Shown here piece after piece: positions 1 through 13,500 of a stretch of 64,000 nucleotides of DNA. This DNA comes from Pocillopora damicornis (taxonomy: Eukaryota). Each line of letters begins with the position of its first letter. The first letter of the stretch is position 1. The position numbers were made by a program, and so were the translations under genes. Under the pieces are notes generated by a model that searched no databases, was not told the DNA's origin, and saw only the letters and a list, made by a program, of their open reading frames with translations. The stretch lies in contig NW_020846109.1 of the NCBI RefSeq assembly GCF_003704095.1, positions 310,001 to 374,000 on the forward strand. Reading direction: 5' to 3'.

Positions 1-3000
1 TTCTGTGCAGGGTAATTAACTAATCGAGCAAGGGAAAAATAACGTGCTTTTGGTTTGCTTCTTGCTTCGCCTTCGACTCGCACAAATTTCGTTCATCATG
101 CCTGTAGAGTACAATTACTGCCTTCGTCAAGGTTTCGAGAGAAATAACCTACCGTAATTTAAGTTTCGAGTTGTTGATTCGAGAAAAAAGCGATGACCAC
201 GAAGGAAAATGAAGTGCAAGTATTTCGAAGCCACGTGCACTTCATCTCTTGTCGGTTGCTCTCCTAAATGCGCTGAGGAAATGCAGCAAAAACCTTTCAA
301 AAACACGTATTTGCGACTAAAATTTGTTGAACCCGAATTTTCACTTCTTAATTGTACGTGTTGGTAAAAGTTGTTGGTAAATCAGCCAAACACTAAACAT
401 CATTTTTCTTATCTCTGCTTACAGGATGACTGAGAGAATGAAGATGACGGCAAAACCAAGAATTCAAGAGGACAACCTGGAATCAATGAATGCAAAAGAA
501 ACTCTACAAAGATAAGAACTTTAAAGTTTATTACATTGTTCTAGTATGAAAATGGTGGCTGCCTATATTTCTACATTTTCTTGCGAACCTAAGCTGATGT
601 AAGTTGGAGTAGAAGAAGGTGAGATGGCAGCCACCATTAAAGTTGAATATTTTAAGGCGGCACTGTAAGGCAAATGGCTTTCAAAAGAAAAAAAAACTGA
701 AAATAAAAAAAAAATTGAAAATAAAAACAAACTTGGGTTCTCTTGTTGTAAAACTAGAACTAAGAAGCAAAATAATCGAATTTGTATGGAAACAACTTAT
801 TGTTCTCGTTTTTTACAACTTTTTATTTGGAAAACTACGATTTCCTAAAGGATAAATCGTCTGCAACTTTGTCAATTCAATAATCAGTGCTGCTTCAGAA
901 GATTCACATATTTTCTTTGTAGTTTCCTTGCAATGGACTAAAGAACGTTGGCAATATATAATCCTTTGGAAAATTATTCAACCGAGTTTCGTCTGATTGG
1001 CGTAAAAGAATAGCCATATCCTTTTAAGTTTTCATCGTTATGAAACAATTTCACTTTGGTGTTGCTACGTTATCGTTACACTTACCGCCTTCACAATGAC
1101 GAAATGAACGAACAGAACACTTAACATTAAGTTCATTAGAAAAGATGAAGAAGAAGGAAACCTCCTTCTCCAAACCTTTCATGAAACGGAAAGATCACGT
1201 GAATCAGACGTATCATCTTCGAATCCGAAATCACACCAAGTTACGAATATTAAGAGACGAGGGTGACGAGTTTATAAAGTTGACCACACGCTTGAAAATT
1301 TATCCGGCGTAAAATAAAATACCTTGAACGTTTTTTTTCCTTATGAAAAAAAGCTACAAGTACGAGTTTATCAGACGAAAACAAAACTCACTTCGACCTT
1401 CGGAAACAACCGAAACGCGAGCCAGCTCAACTGATACGAGAAATCGTAACGTAAACAGTCAAATGACAGAAAAAATCGACGAACGAGCCATGCCACTGCT
1501 TGACGTTTAAACCATAACACTGCCTTTTTTTTCATGGACTTATATAATTAATTGGACAGCCGCATGTCTATTAACTTGCAACAGACCACGGATGATATCA
1601 AAAACGATTAACAATTATCGACATACTACAAAACTACGTAAACACGACATGACATAACAAATGATGCGAACGGAACCACCTTAATTCATGAATTACAAAT
1701 GAGAAAGACTTGTGATTCTTACAGCCAATTAAGAACAAAAGAACTGTTCTCTGTTACGTTTGCATTGACTGTAAGATAGTGTATTGAGAAAATGAGATTT
1801 CTTTTGAAAACTAATGTCTTCCATAAAATTTATTTGCCTACGTTCTCTTGTCGTTTTGCAAGTTAAGTATATAAATCCTAATTGTCTGGTTCAGAGGATT
1901 ACTAGAATTTTCATGAAAAGGTATCACTTTAGCAGTTCTACAGACCAGTAAAATCTGTCCTGTATACAAAAAAAGCAATACGTCAAACAGTTGGGGGCAT
2001 TTTATCACTTAAAAAACCTAAAAAGACACGGAAATTGAAATTGAACACCTGGTTACAAATCCAACAGTAGTTGCCTCGAGCTCAATCAAAGGGTTAAGAT
2101 CAAGACTGATCTTTCAAATCACAGTTCACTCATGCAGTAGCAGCTATGAGCAAACAGATTTGCCTGACAAACTCAAGAAAAAGGAAAAAGTGGAATTTGT
2201 GTTGAACTCAATTTGTCTTGCACAAGCTGCAAGAAAACAAGAAGTTAAACAAATTCAATGCGAGGCTTTAGTTAACAACAAACTTGAAACTTTTTGAAAG
2301 AGAAAATTTTCGCATAGTTTGTTATTAAATACAGTTGTCCGTTTAAATTAAACGAGAATTCCCGTGAGAAATGCCAGTGACCTTAACCCTTAAGATATTG
2401 TCAGGATTGTTATGAATTCAAATTTTCCTGTCTTGAAGAAAGAAAAGTGAAGAAATGGATTGAGTTTGGATTTTTTTCTGGTCTTGGTCTGTATAACTTA
2501 TTGCTAAGGGTTTTCGCTGAATGTTACATTAAATCAAAACATGTTTGCTTAAAATAATATTGTTTGAACCAGACATTGGGTTTTATCGTACTTGTAATGC
2601 AGAAAGACCTCTTTCAGCCTGAAATTAATGTTACACAGGAAAGATTGAATCTGAATTTATTGATGGAAAAATAAAAGGCAACTCGAACAAAAAAAATCTT
2701 GTCTCAGTAATTTCAAATACATGATATCAGATTTTCTTGCATGAACTTTGCAACCAAAGAGAAAAGAAAACTTAATTTGGCCGCCCACGAGAAAGAGAAT
2801 TTGAAGATTATTTTATGTAAATGAACTCAACCAAAATTTTATCTCGGTGACTTTCAAAGATACCAGGAGCTAAGCAGTTATCCAGATTGTCTGAACCTTG
2901 CGACCCAAAAAGAGAAAAAAAAAAAAAGCTAACTCCGCCACAAAGAAAGACTCAAAATTTAAATGATTTGGTCACAGATATTGATCAGTTTGAGTCAAAG

Positions 3001-3545
3001 TATTTCCTGCGCAACAAACAGAAATTCAACGGCTGAAAAAGGTCTCAGCATGACAAACTTCACAAATTTTATATAACAGTAGATAGTGGCTTGTCATGTT
3101 GCTTATTGATAGAGTAAGCAATGTGTATATAACCTTGTGCGAAAAAAAAAAAAGGAAAATACAATTTAATGAACTCAGAGCTTAGGGTTGTTTAGAAATG
3201 ACTAGGAAGAAAATTTTGCACAAGGTGATGTTCACATATCTTTTTGCGAAAATTTTTAGGGGTAGCCATTTTGAATTTTTTGTCGAAAATGTTGTCAGGG
3301 GAAACTCTGTGCAAATTGCTCCAAATTTTCCCGCCAAAAGTCTTAGTATATATTTGAACAAAATTTTCCTGACAAGTGTTTTATTATTTAATGGAAAGTC
3401 ACTTAACTAATTAAAGACAAAATCTGTATTGTTGATTGACAGAAAGAAAATAAAGATCACAAAATGAAATAACAAACAACTTCGTTGACTTATTTATTAA
3501 CAGACAGATATAAAAACGTATATATTCTACTTAGAAAAAAAAGGC

Positions 3546-3738
3546 GGCGCATGCGTATTTTGGGCGCCTGTATTTTTCTAAGTTTTTTGGCGGGAAAATT
3601 ACGCGATTTTAAACAGATGTTACTCACAGGGTTGTCATGAAACCAAAAAAAAAGAATTATGGCGCACGCGTATTTTGGGCGCCCGTATTTTTTTTTTAAG
3701 TTTTTTGGCGGGAAAAATAATTTTTTAACAGTTGTTAT
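3546..3738. repeat. Two-copy ~115-bp-period direct repeat
   Basis: GGCGCA(T/C)GCGTATTTTGGGCGCC(T/C)GTATTTTT..TAAGTTTTTTGGCGGGAAAA at 3546 and 3661, with a partial inverted copy at ~3323-3346. Confidence 0.8.
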
Positions 3739-6700
3739 TAGAGGAAAAACCTCGAGGAAAAAAAAAGACATTTAATTTACTAAGCACTGAATTGTAAATA
3801 ACATGTCATCGTACAAAATGTAATGATGGTCCTAGTCGCAAAGGAATTGTTTGAATGAAGGAAGGTTTTTGGAAATCAAACGGAAAGAATTCAGTTTAAA
3901 AACTCCTCTACAAATTCAAACACCAGAGAGTGAAGTTCCTTTAGTATCTCTAAAAAAGTTTGATTTTGACGAGATAATTATCTTCAGGTGTTTTTTCCTG
4001 ATCTTGACTTCAGTTGTCATCCATTCAGCGATCTGCAGGAGCCAAGAAAAACAGAATTAATAAATACATCTACTATTTCAAATGTTATATTCACTGAATC
4101 CTTTAAACGGTAAACCAAGTTGCAAACTTCATCATTATTCGAGTTCCCTAAACATCGCAGGCAAACTGGCCTAGAATGTCAAGCAGTCGCAGTCTTTACC
4201 TCTCCTTACATTTAATGCAGATATCAAAAGTTTAGATAAAAACAAAATAACAACAACAAAAAAATCAAAAGTTTATAAATAATTATAACCTGTACAAGCA
4301 GATTGCCGTAAGCCTACTACAATAATATTATCCTTTTAAAAGGCGGCTGTGAAATTTTCTTTGCATAACACCAAAAGCACGAGCAAAAAAAATTCGGAAA
4401 CGAAATTATCATAATGAAGTGAGTTTGTTTGCTTCTTTTCAATTCTCATTTGAGTTTTTACGCAACGAAGCAAAATCCAAACGCCTCTATCTGTATCGAT
4501 ACTTTTCGTTTAATTTCTGTGAAAAACTGACACGAGTGAAACGTGCACCTTTGTAAATTTGCAAAAGAATCTTGGAATTCGCGAAAAGTCAAAGGTAAAT
4601 AAAAGTTGAAATTAGTTGGCGCAAAAAGTAGATGTCATAGACTTTCAATGATAACAAGTTTGTTCATGTCGAATTGACTGAAATTCTCTTGGTTTTTTTA
4701 AAAGGAATAGCTTACACATCTCTCTAAAATCAGAGACGTTTCGTCCTTTTCGGTTGCCAACTCAGGAAACAGTGTGAATGTTAAATACCGAGTAATGGAG
4801 AGAAAAAAAACCGACAAAAGCACTACGATGATTTGAACAAATCTGTTTGGCTTCATCAATAACTCAGACTGAATTTTAAAAGTAGTCAAAAGAATTATTG
4901 AGATACGAGTAAAGCTCATTGGCTTAACCCAGGCTGCATATCCTTCAGATATCAAACGAATTTTTCCTGGACTGTTTTGCATCGATTTTTATCAACAAAT
5001 TTAAACGATGGCATGGAAAAAAGGTTCGAGTGTTGATTAAAATTATGGATGTATAACCGCCTGAACAGCTCAAGCTACTATCGACATGCTTTTTTATAAG
5101 TTATAAATCAATACCATTAAGTAACAAGCTTCAGAGTCTGAAAGCCAGAACCCGGAGACAAAAAATCATCAGAGCAATGCTAATTGGAAAACGATGTTGT
5201 GGTACCCGAAATGGTGGTAGACGCCAAAAATGGGCAAAAATGGGCAAGAATTGTTGGTCAAAAGCTCGTGCAACCATTCTCCGCTGTATTCTGGTCTTTT
5301 TCTTATTGTGAATTTTTATTAGACTGAGTTTTTGAATTTTCACTTTTTAATTTAGGTAAACCTCCAGTCAAAAACATATCTAAAATATTTCTAAAACCCC
5401 CCCCTAAGTAATATGACAATATGCATGCACTGACTGTAACCCGCAAAATGTATTAAACTGCTGGTATCAACATAATTATACCACTAACTTACCTGATTAC
5501 AATAACGTCTCCTCCCTCGTCTGTCTTGTGATTCTCTTCATCTACTTTTCCCTTTGCTGCTAATTTTCGCCTTTGTTTATCCCGAGTTCAACATCTACCT
5601 GATGAAAGATGAATGCGTATTAAATATATATTGAATAATACGTGTGACCCATTTTCATATGCACTTCTCCTGTTATATATCTTTTCTGGATGACATATAG
5701 AAAACTAGTTTTTTTTTTGTCGGACAAAACCGCATTTCAAAGAACTTACTTTCGATCGGTCAAAACATGATTCTCAAGTGTAGTTAGCACAACCTCGACC
5801 TTTGCCGTAGGAAAGGGAACTGATTTAGGAGAAATTCTATTTTAACGAGTTTTACTTGACAAAAGCATCGAGAAAGTTTTCTTTCATAAAGTGTATAACG
5901 TAGACCTCGTAGGGTACCCCGAGTCCTATTGTTTGTTCGCGCAAAGTACCTTGTACTGTACTGAATGCTTAAATAAATGAATAAATTTTTGATAGGACAC
6001 AGAATTTAGTGAAGAATTTTCATCCTCTCGGCAATGAAAACCTTTTGCAAGTCAAGAGATCCTCCCTTCGCAAATTATTATTCCACTCCACCCCGAAATA
6101 ACCTTTGGTTAAATCGTTATTGGTAAAAAGTTTCAGCACATTTATTCTAAATATCGATCCTGCGCCTCTTAAATAATAGCTATAAGAATAAAAATTGTTT
6201 TATTACCTTCCTTCAAATGTTTCTAGGAACAAATACTCCACGACAACAATTTACATGCGATGCACGTGTCGGCGACCATTACCTCAACGTGGAAGTCTTG
6301 TTTGCCACCAGATGATGTCCCTCCTCTTTATTCTTCGAAGCTTGACCGTATAAACCACTGATAACAATGGCAACGTTGACTCTAAAACTCTTTTCCATCG
6401 AAACTGCAGAACGTTGTTGGTTTCGAAGATAGCTTCTTGAACGTTCCGTTTGGGTGTTGCATTGGAAAATTGAATATTCATGTTGGAATTTGCAATTCAA
6501 ATAATTTTCTCGGCTTTAGGTGGAAGCATTATGAAACGAAAAAAAAACATTCTTTTGCGAAGAGCCGCCTGGTCAAAAGGCCATTTCAATGTAAACTGCG
6601 CCTTAAAATGTCTGTTTTAATTGACATATTCCTGTTTACACGCTCACGATCATTCTTTGACTCCTTCTCCTCGTAAAATCACGTTTATATCGACGGTCAG

Positions 6701-7513
6701 GACAGGAAAAAGGAAAATTAGCAAGAAACAATAACAAAAGTGGCCCTGAAAATAATAATTTAGCTACAACAGAATGAGAAATGCAAGAAAAGGAACTTTC
6801 AATTTTCAATTTTATTTTTCTATCATAGTAATACTTGAAAAATATCCATTTTGTTTTTCTTCTAGAAATTATCAATTCAAAACAACGTTCACTTGATTCT
6901 TTTAACTCCTTAACTCAGTGATCTTGTGATCTTAAAATACTCCTTACTCTTCGCAGTCTTTTACTATTTTCCTTAAAAAAGACTTCTTTTAAAGTTAATT
7001 CTTTACTTCTTCCCACATGCATAATGGAATCATCACACAGGGAATGGACAAAGTCTTAATATATCAACTGTCATGGGGTAAAAGATCCGTAAAAGGCAGA
7101 TGCAAAGAGATGCTTGTTACGATTAATTTCGTTACGTTAAAAACATTAACAATCTCGATTGCTCAAAAGCCAAGCATAAATATCTGATCCAAGAGAGCTT
7201 CAAATTCGTTTCAATTCATCGTGGAAACAACTTGAATTTAAAAATATTTGCAACCTATAAGTCAAATCGTAGAAAATTTTTTCCACATTGATGCATGGGC
7301 ATGTCTTTATGGCATAATATCCAAGGCAAGAAGGTGCAGTTAATCCACAAAAGAAACAGAATGTAGTCATTGTCTTTTCTTTCAAATGTCTTTCGTGGTT
7401 CTTAGCGCAAAAACAACCGAATACGTAGCTTCCGGTTCACTTGTAATTGAATTCTTCTTATGAGTTGATGACGAGATTTTTTTTCCCGGTTTCAGACTTG
7501 CCTTTAAACAGTA

Positions 7514-10500
7514 TTAGGTGATATCCGTCAGAGGGTCTTCACGACAGTTGATAGCATATAACAACTTCTCAGTCATAATTTCCTGGGTAGAGTACTGCGG
7601 CAGTTTCACCATAAACATACAAGTTTCAACCCGTATGTACCGCGCGTCTGAAGGACCTGAAATGTGATATAACCCGGAATTTTTTGTTTTTGTCACCAAA
7701 ACAAAAAAGCAAAAAAAAAGCTATACCCTACGCTTGATGTACGAAGAAACCTCGCTCCAACCGTAGCCTTGTCGCACAAACTTAAAAACAAAGACCTTAC
7801 AATTATAACAGTTGTTCCCCTGTAAGGTACCTCTACTTCGAAAAGCCCCCTCTCCCCACCCCACAACAAGTTTAGCTCGGATCATATACTCGGATCAATA
7901 CGTGTTTCACCAGCCCAGGTCCTCTTCAAAAAGCTCTATAACTTGGAATATATATAATTGCCTCCCTTATCTGACATAAAAATGCCGTTTGATATTCCAC
8001 ACCTCTCTGTCAGAGCTGATGGTAGTCAGAAAAGTTACTATATGCTACTACAATTAACTGTATGCTGGCCTCTGGGCCAAAACCCGGCGGGGGCAGTTAT
8101 TCCTTAACAATAAATTAATATCGACAATAAAAAAAAAAAAAGGGTGGAAATTCCGCGAATCACCGTAAAATACTTTTGTTATCCAATCACAGGGACAAAA
8201 TCTTTTACAAAACTTGCACCTCACCTCTCCCGTCTGGGGGACCAATTTTCATGGGGTATGGTGGGACATGTACATCAGCTGTGTTAGGATTGCCATCCTG
8301 ACAAGTGCATCGGCTTGGTAATCTTTCCTGATTACATGCAAACTTCACAAATTTTCGCAGCTGATCCTGAAAGCGAGGAAGGGAACAAAGTTATGAACTG
8401 CTCTGAGATGACCGCGGTCTACGTGACAACACTCTTAACGCCATCTCATGGTTGTCCTTCTGTTCTGCTTTTATAGTTGTTTGACTTTTTTGTTTCTTGG
8501 CTAAACGAGGTTGGAAAAAGAGGGACTTGAGTTTGGCTTCTTTCATTTGAAACATTTTTCTCACAAAAAGACCAGAACCAATTTTGCCAAGCGTCTCTCT
8601 ACTTCTCCTTCTCAAGGGTTATCACGAAGCAGACATATAACAGTCAAAAGATATTCGCCCTTGCACGTTCAAAAAGTATACGCACTAATAGCATATTTCA
8701 TGTCATAATTCCCAAAATTCACCAACAAGTAACCTCTCTTGACAATTTTGACATGTCCTCATGTAATCTCGTGGTTAAATACCAATTCTCTAACTTTCAA
8801 GTAAACGTGAAGCAGCTAACAGAGATTTACTAATCAGAGCTTGAAAGTTTGAGGGTTGAATCACAAACCTGAGAAAAACTTTCCATTGTGTTCCAAAAGT
8901 ATTCAATGTGCACATCAGTATCTTTTACTCCTGCTACATAGCAAGTGTGCGCCTAACAAAAAAGAAAAGGGAAAAAAGACAAATTTGTTAGTCCACGATC
9001 TCGTTCCTTACAACCACGTAGGCGGCGGCTTAATCTATTGCATGCATTTTTTCATCAATCAAGTTCTGAGTGGTTCCTCATAATGTTAACCTTTTTTCTG
9101 ATAGGCTGTGTTGATAATTTTGTATCGGTTTACGACTGGCAATCAAAAGGCACACTTCAAATTTCTCTAGTAAAGGTTAGCAAGTTTATAGACCCATGAG
9201 GCGTCAAGAAACATCGTAATACTCACGAAAAAAGGCTCGTGAAAGACAAGAAAATCACAAGCGAAACCCTCGAATTCCACTTCGTTACTGTACTCAAGTA
9301 TTAGTGCGATTATTAATCATATAAAATGATGAAATAGAGTGACAAACCTTGAGAAATCCTAGGTCAAGAGAGGGTTGCCCACACGTTCGAATCTCCATGT
9401 CCAGTGGAGTCATGACTGTAAGTACATGCAGAGGGACTACTGAAGACAAACCACACCGAACAGCCGCCATACGGGACTCACATCGCAGCTCCTTCAGTCG
9501 TAAATCCCTAATTGCTTGTACGTATGATTTGTGATTCTCCCATCTACAGGAGAAAAAGAAAAATTTTTTGCCAACGCCAACGAATAAGAGAGGGTGCGGA
9601 TTTTAAGGTTATCTTATCCACAAAAAGAAAATTATTGTGTAATTAAACTTCATAGTCTACAAAAGCTCAATCTATTAAAAACTCATCCATTATTCGTTAT
9701 CTAATGAACACTTCTTGTAAGAAAAACGTGACAGATTCTTATCGATTGATTCACTGAAGTATTCAGTCTACACTGAACTTTGTTTGGTTACACAGAATAC
9801 ATATCCCCAGAGTGCATCTTTTACTTACGTAACGGCTACATCAGCTCCATTTTCACACAGTTCTACTTCTTCGCCGTCAAGGGAGGTGTAAACAAATCGG
9901 TATGGGCACAGATCAGCTTCAAAACACAACGTTTGAAATTCCTCCGCGCTTTCCACCTTAAACACAATAAATATAAGTCACACATACCATCCGAGGTCGC
10001 CTGTATCCTTTTAAATACATTGATTTTGACGTTAAACAGTTTTTAACAGCTGAAAATTTTTTATTAGAAAGGATGTAACATGGAAAGGGTATCATCAAGC
10101 ACTTCCATTCAAATAGCGCAAAACTAAGTCTGATCTTGTTAAAATGTCCTTTACTCCAATAAAAAAAACGTATATCAGTACATGTAAATGGATTTTAAAT
10201 CAAGAGTAGAAACAACCAGAAGCAGACATTTGCCGTAGGCGTCTTGCACAAGTTATTTATCGCTAGAGTTCAAGAGAAGTTTTCTACAAACAGCGGCAAC
10301 TACAACGACAATAACAACTCACGATAGACAACCTGTAAGGGTGGGGCGGACAAGGAAGAACCAGTGCGTCAATGTAGCATGCTAACTCAGTCTTCGTCAG
10401 GGATAAACAATAAATCGTTGGGTGCCCGAAAGACACTAGCCTAAGACCTACAACAGGAGAACTCTTCCTACTGCCCTAAGTAAAGAGGGTGAGCCCTCTA

Positions 10501-13500
10501 CCGGCTAAATACTAACTCGGGAAAACGGATGTTTGAATAACAACCCACCCAAGAAGTTAACGTTACCTCCGAAAATCGTCGCAAGTAGTTGTAAGTGAGA
10601 ATATCAGTTTCTCTGAGGTCGTCCTGCGGGTCCAACGGGAGGTTTAACAAGCTTTTCCAGAAGCAAGGCAACAGATCCAGAGCGAGTGGAATATCAGCTC
10701 TCAGTGCAATTCCTAGCAGCTGTGTGGAAAAAGTGAATTTCACGTAACTCCTTCTAATAGTATCAAGACGTTATCCAGATGAGGGTAGATAAACCAATCG
10801 GCTGGCGAGTGTTATATTACTATTATACAAATTCATCTCATTTACTGGTACAAGGGCACTTATAGCACAGCAAAAAGATAGGCTAAAAATTAAATTAGCG
10901 AACTTTCAGGAGAAGCTCTGGAGCGCTTTAAGGTGCGGAAACACAGTCATGAAAATTGGATATAAACGTAAAACAGAGCAAACTGCGATACTACATATTT
11001 TTCTCGCAACAAGTGGCTTAGGACTTCCATGTTCAAGATAAAATGCCGGTTTTGTTAAAGAAGTGAGGTTCTCTTAACTGAATGCACAAGTAAAAAATGT
11101 ATGTACAGTTGAACTTCACCTGTCCGAAGAAGATGAGCAATTCCTCCTCCGCATATGTCATAGGACCCGGCTTCAAAATAAACTTTCCCTATGATAAGCA
11201 CAAAAAAATTTCAAGTTTTACAGCCTTTATATACTTAGTTACTGTGTCATATGACTGAGGCAAGAAGAAAGGGGTGTAACGGATGGAAGTGACACGCACG
11301 GTAAAGCCTTGAATTTTCTAGCTAACTGGTTCCTTCATCAAGTCCTCTTAGTGGAGTCCCTCGTGTGCTGATTTTAGTAATTTTTGTCAATACTTCAGAG
11401 GACGCACCTTGTTCTTGTTAGCAGCAGAGCTAGGGCATGGCACTAAAAGCCCCACATGGTTACCCTGGAGTTCACGCGCCATCAGCCACATAAAGTGACG
11501 GAAGGAACCACCTAGAAAAAGACACAAGAAAGATGTAAAACCCAGTGGCATGCGATCAGAAGGTCAGTCAGAGTGGCAATCACCACTCAAGTAAGCATCT
11601 ATAGTTTTCACATGGGAAATTGTGCATATCTAAGCCCTGGCTAATGAACAAGATGTATGAAAAAATAAGTCACATCGCGCTGAGAAATATTTCGTTAGCA
11701 TTACCTGACCCCAGGACCTGCTCTCCCTGGAGTACAACTTTCAGAGGGAAGACTGGGTCTCCACCGGTGGCGACCTTGACTCTGAGTCCACTGGAAGGAA
11801 CTGCAGTAATGTTATGAGCGGCCTGACAGAACTGCGGCCCAGCTGAAGACACCTTATCCACTGAAGCGAAAAGCAGAGTAAAATTAACAATATATATGGG
11901 TCAAATAGACTCTGTNNNNNNNNNNNNNNNNNNNNNNNNNNNNNNNNNNNNNNNNNNNNNNNNNNNNNNNNNNNNNNNNNNNNNNNNNNNNNNNNNNNNN
12001 NNNNNNNNNNNNNNNNNNNNNNNNNNNNNNNNNNNNNNNNNNNNNNNNNNNNNNNNNNNNNNNNNNNNNNNNNNNNNNNNNNNNNNNNNGGACGGACAAC
12101 TATCATTCAGCATGCTCCACCTGGCTTGAAAATTTGCGGCATGAAACAGGAAGTAGATAACCCCACATTTATTCGTTTTTTTTTTTTTTCACGTTTTGCG
12201 CCTGTAAAACTTACAAACTACGCCAAAAACCAGTGTTATATGCAACGCGCCACTATCAAGTGTTAAAAAGGGGCGGTTGAACTAAAAGTTGGGATGTACA
12301 CTTGGCAAGTTCACTTATCAAGGAAACATTGTACAATGTTAAGAAAGAAAGTTAGTCTAAAAATTATATACAAAAATTATCAAAGGAGCCTTCTTAATAG
12401 TTCTAGTGCAACTCAAGTAACAACCTAATGCTATGGCAAAGGAACAAACCTTCTAAGGACTGCAGTGGATCTATAGAGACTTCGGGCGGCGGATCATCGG
12501 CCTCGCGATGGGCAGTGTGGTTAAGCACGTGATTCAACAGCGCTACCTTGGTGTGATAAAAAAGGAGCCCGCGGGCATCTCTCAGAAGGGCAGCGGTGCT
12601 AAGGTTGAACGTCTCAGCGGCTCTAAAGTCGGTCACAGGTAACAGTAGGCGTTCTACGTCTGCGTTTAATGACTTGAGGAACGCAAAACGACTTCTCAGG
12701 CTTCTTAAAGACACACCTAGGACACAGTGGAAAAAACGTCAATTCTTCAACTGCTAATACTCGATTCGCATTTCTCACTTCCGATCACTAAGCTTTTCCT
12801 TGCAAATCGGTCAAGAGAATTAAGATAACATCATCAAGCTGACATGTGTTTCTGTTCTTTTTCAATGATCACATTGTAATAAAATTGCCCCTGGTGTTTC
12901 TGGAAAACACTATAAACCTGGCTGCATTTGTCGCACGTTAACCAACTTTTGACGAGGATTATAACATTTTTTAATAGAGGAAGATAACGCAGAGATAACA
13001 AAATCTGTAAAAAATTTTAAAAAATTAAAAAAAAAACCAAACAAACAAACACCTTACACACATTACACACCCTGTAACTGACGGAAATCTTCGCTTGTCA
13101 GGTCCACCTCAGAGAGAAGGAGTTCATCCGGCATCAGACGGGACGGAGTGGTAGACCATGCCCGACACAGGGTATCCACATACAGGACAAGGGCGTGGTC
13201 ACGAGCCACAGGCCAGTTAGCATGATCTGATTCCATCTCAGACGGAAGAAAGTAAGTGCACCTAACAATAAACATGGTGCTAGCATGTAGATCATGTAAT
13301 AACTCCACAGAATCATTCAAACCCATAGCACTGCTATCTAACACTGTAAATGAAGCAATGGACCACAGCACAAGCCTTCTGTGTTACACAAATGGTATGA
13401 GGTTTCTGTAATGCTTTTGAAAAGATCCTTCAAACAACTTAAACATTTTCGTTCTATTTTAAATTAAGTGCGTGAAAGTACAAAATGTTCTGAAAAAGGC

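Noticed and set aside
600-7400. Short ORFs in the left intergenic region
   Set aside because: All are under 100 aa, AT-biased, and lack recognisable domains or a consistent exon chain.
9988-10000. 13-nt exon-like unit ag|GCGACCTCGGATG|gtatgt
   Set aside because: It would leave only a 31-nt downstream intron and does not restore the frame with the 10323 candidate.
10003-10012. Perfect U12-like donor GTATCCTTTT on the plus strand (similar word at ~36361)
   Set aside because: Antisense to HECTD4 with no supporting exon, so probably chance.
11741-12129. ORFs spanning the N-run, and a possible missing HECTD4 exon
   Set aside because: The ORFs are artefacts of N. Exons 12716-12450 and 11860-11705 join in phase 1 with continuous HECTD4-like sequence.
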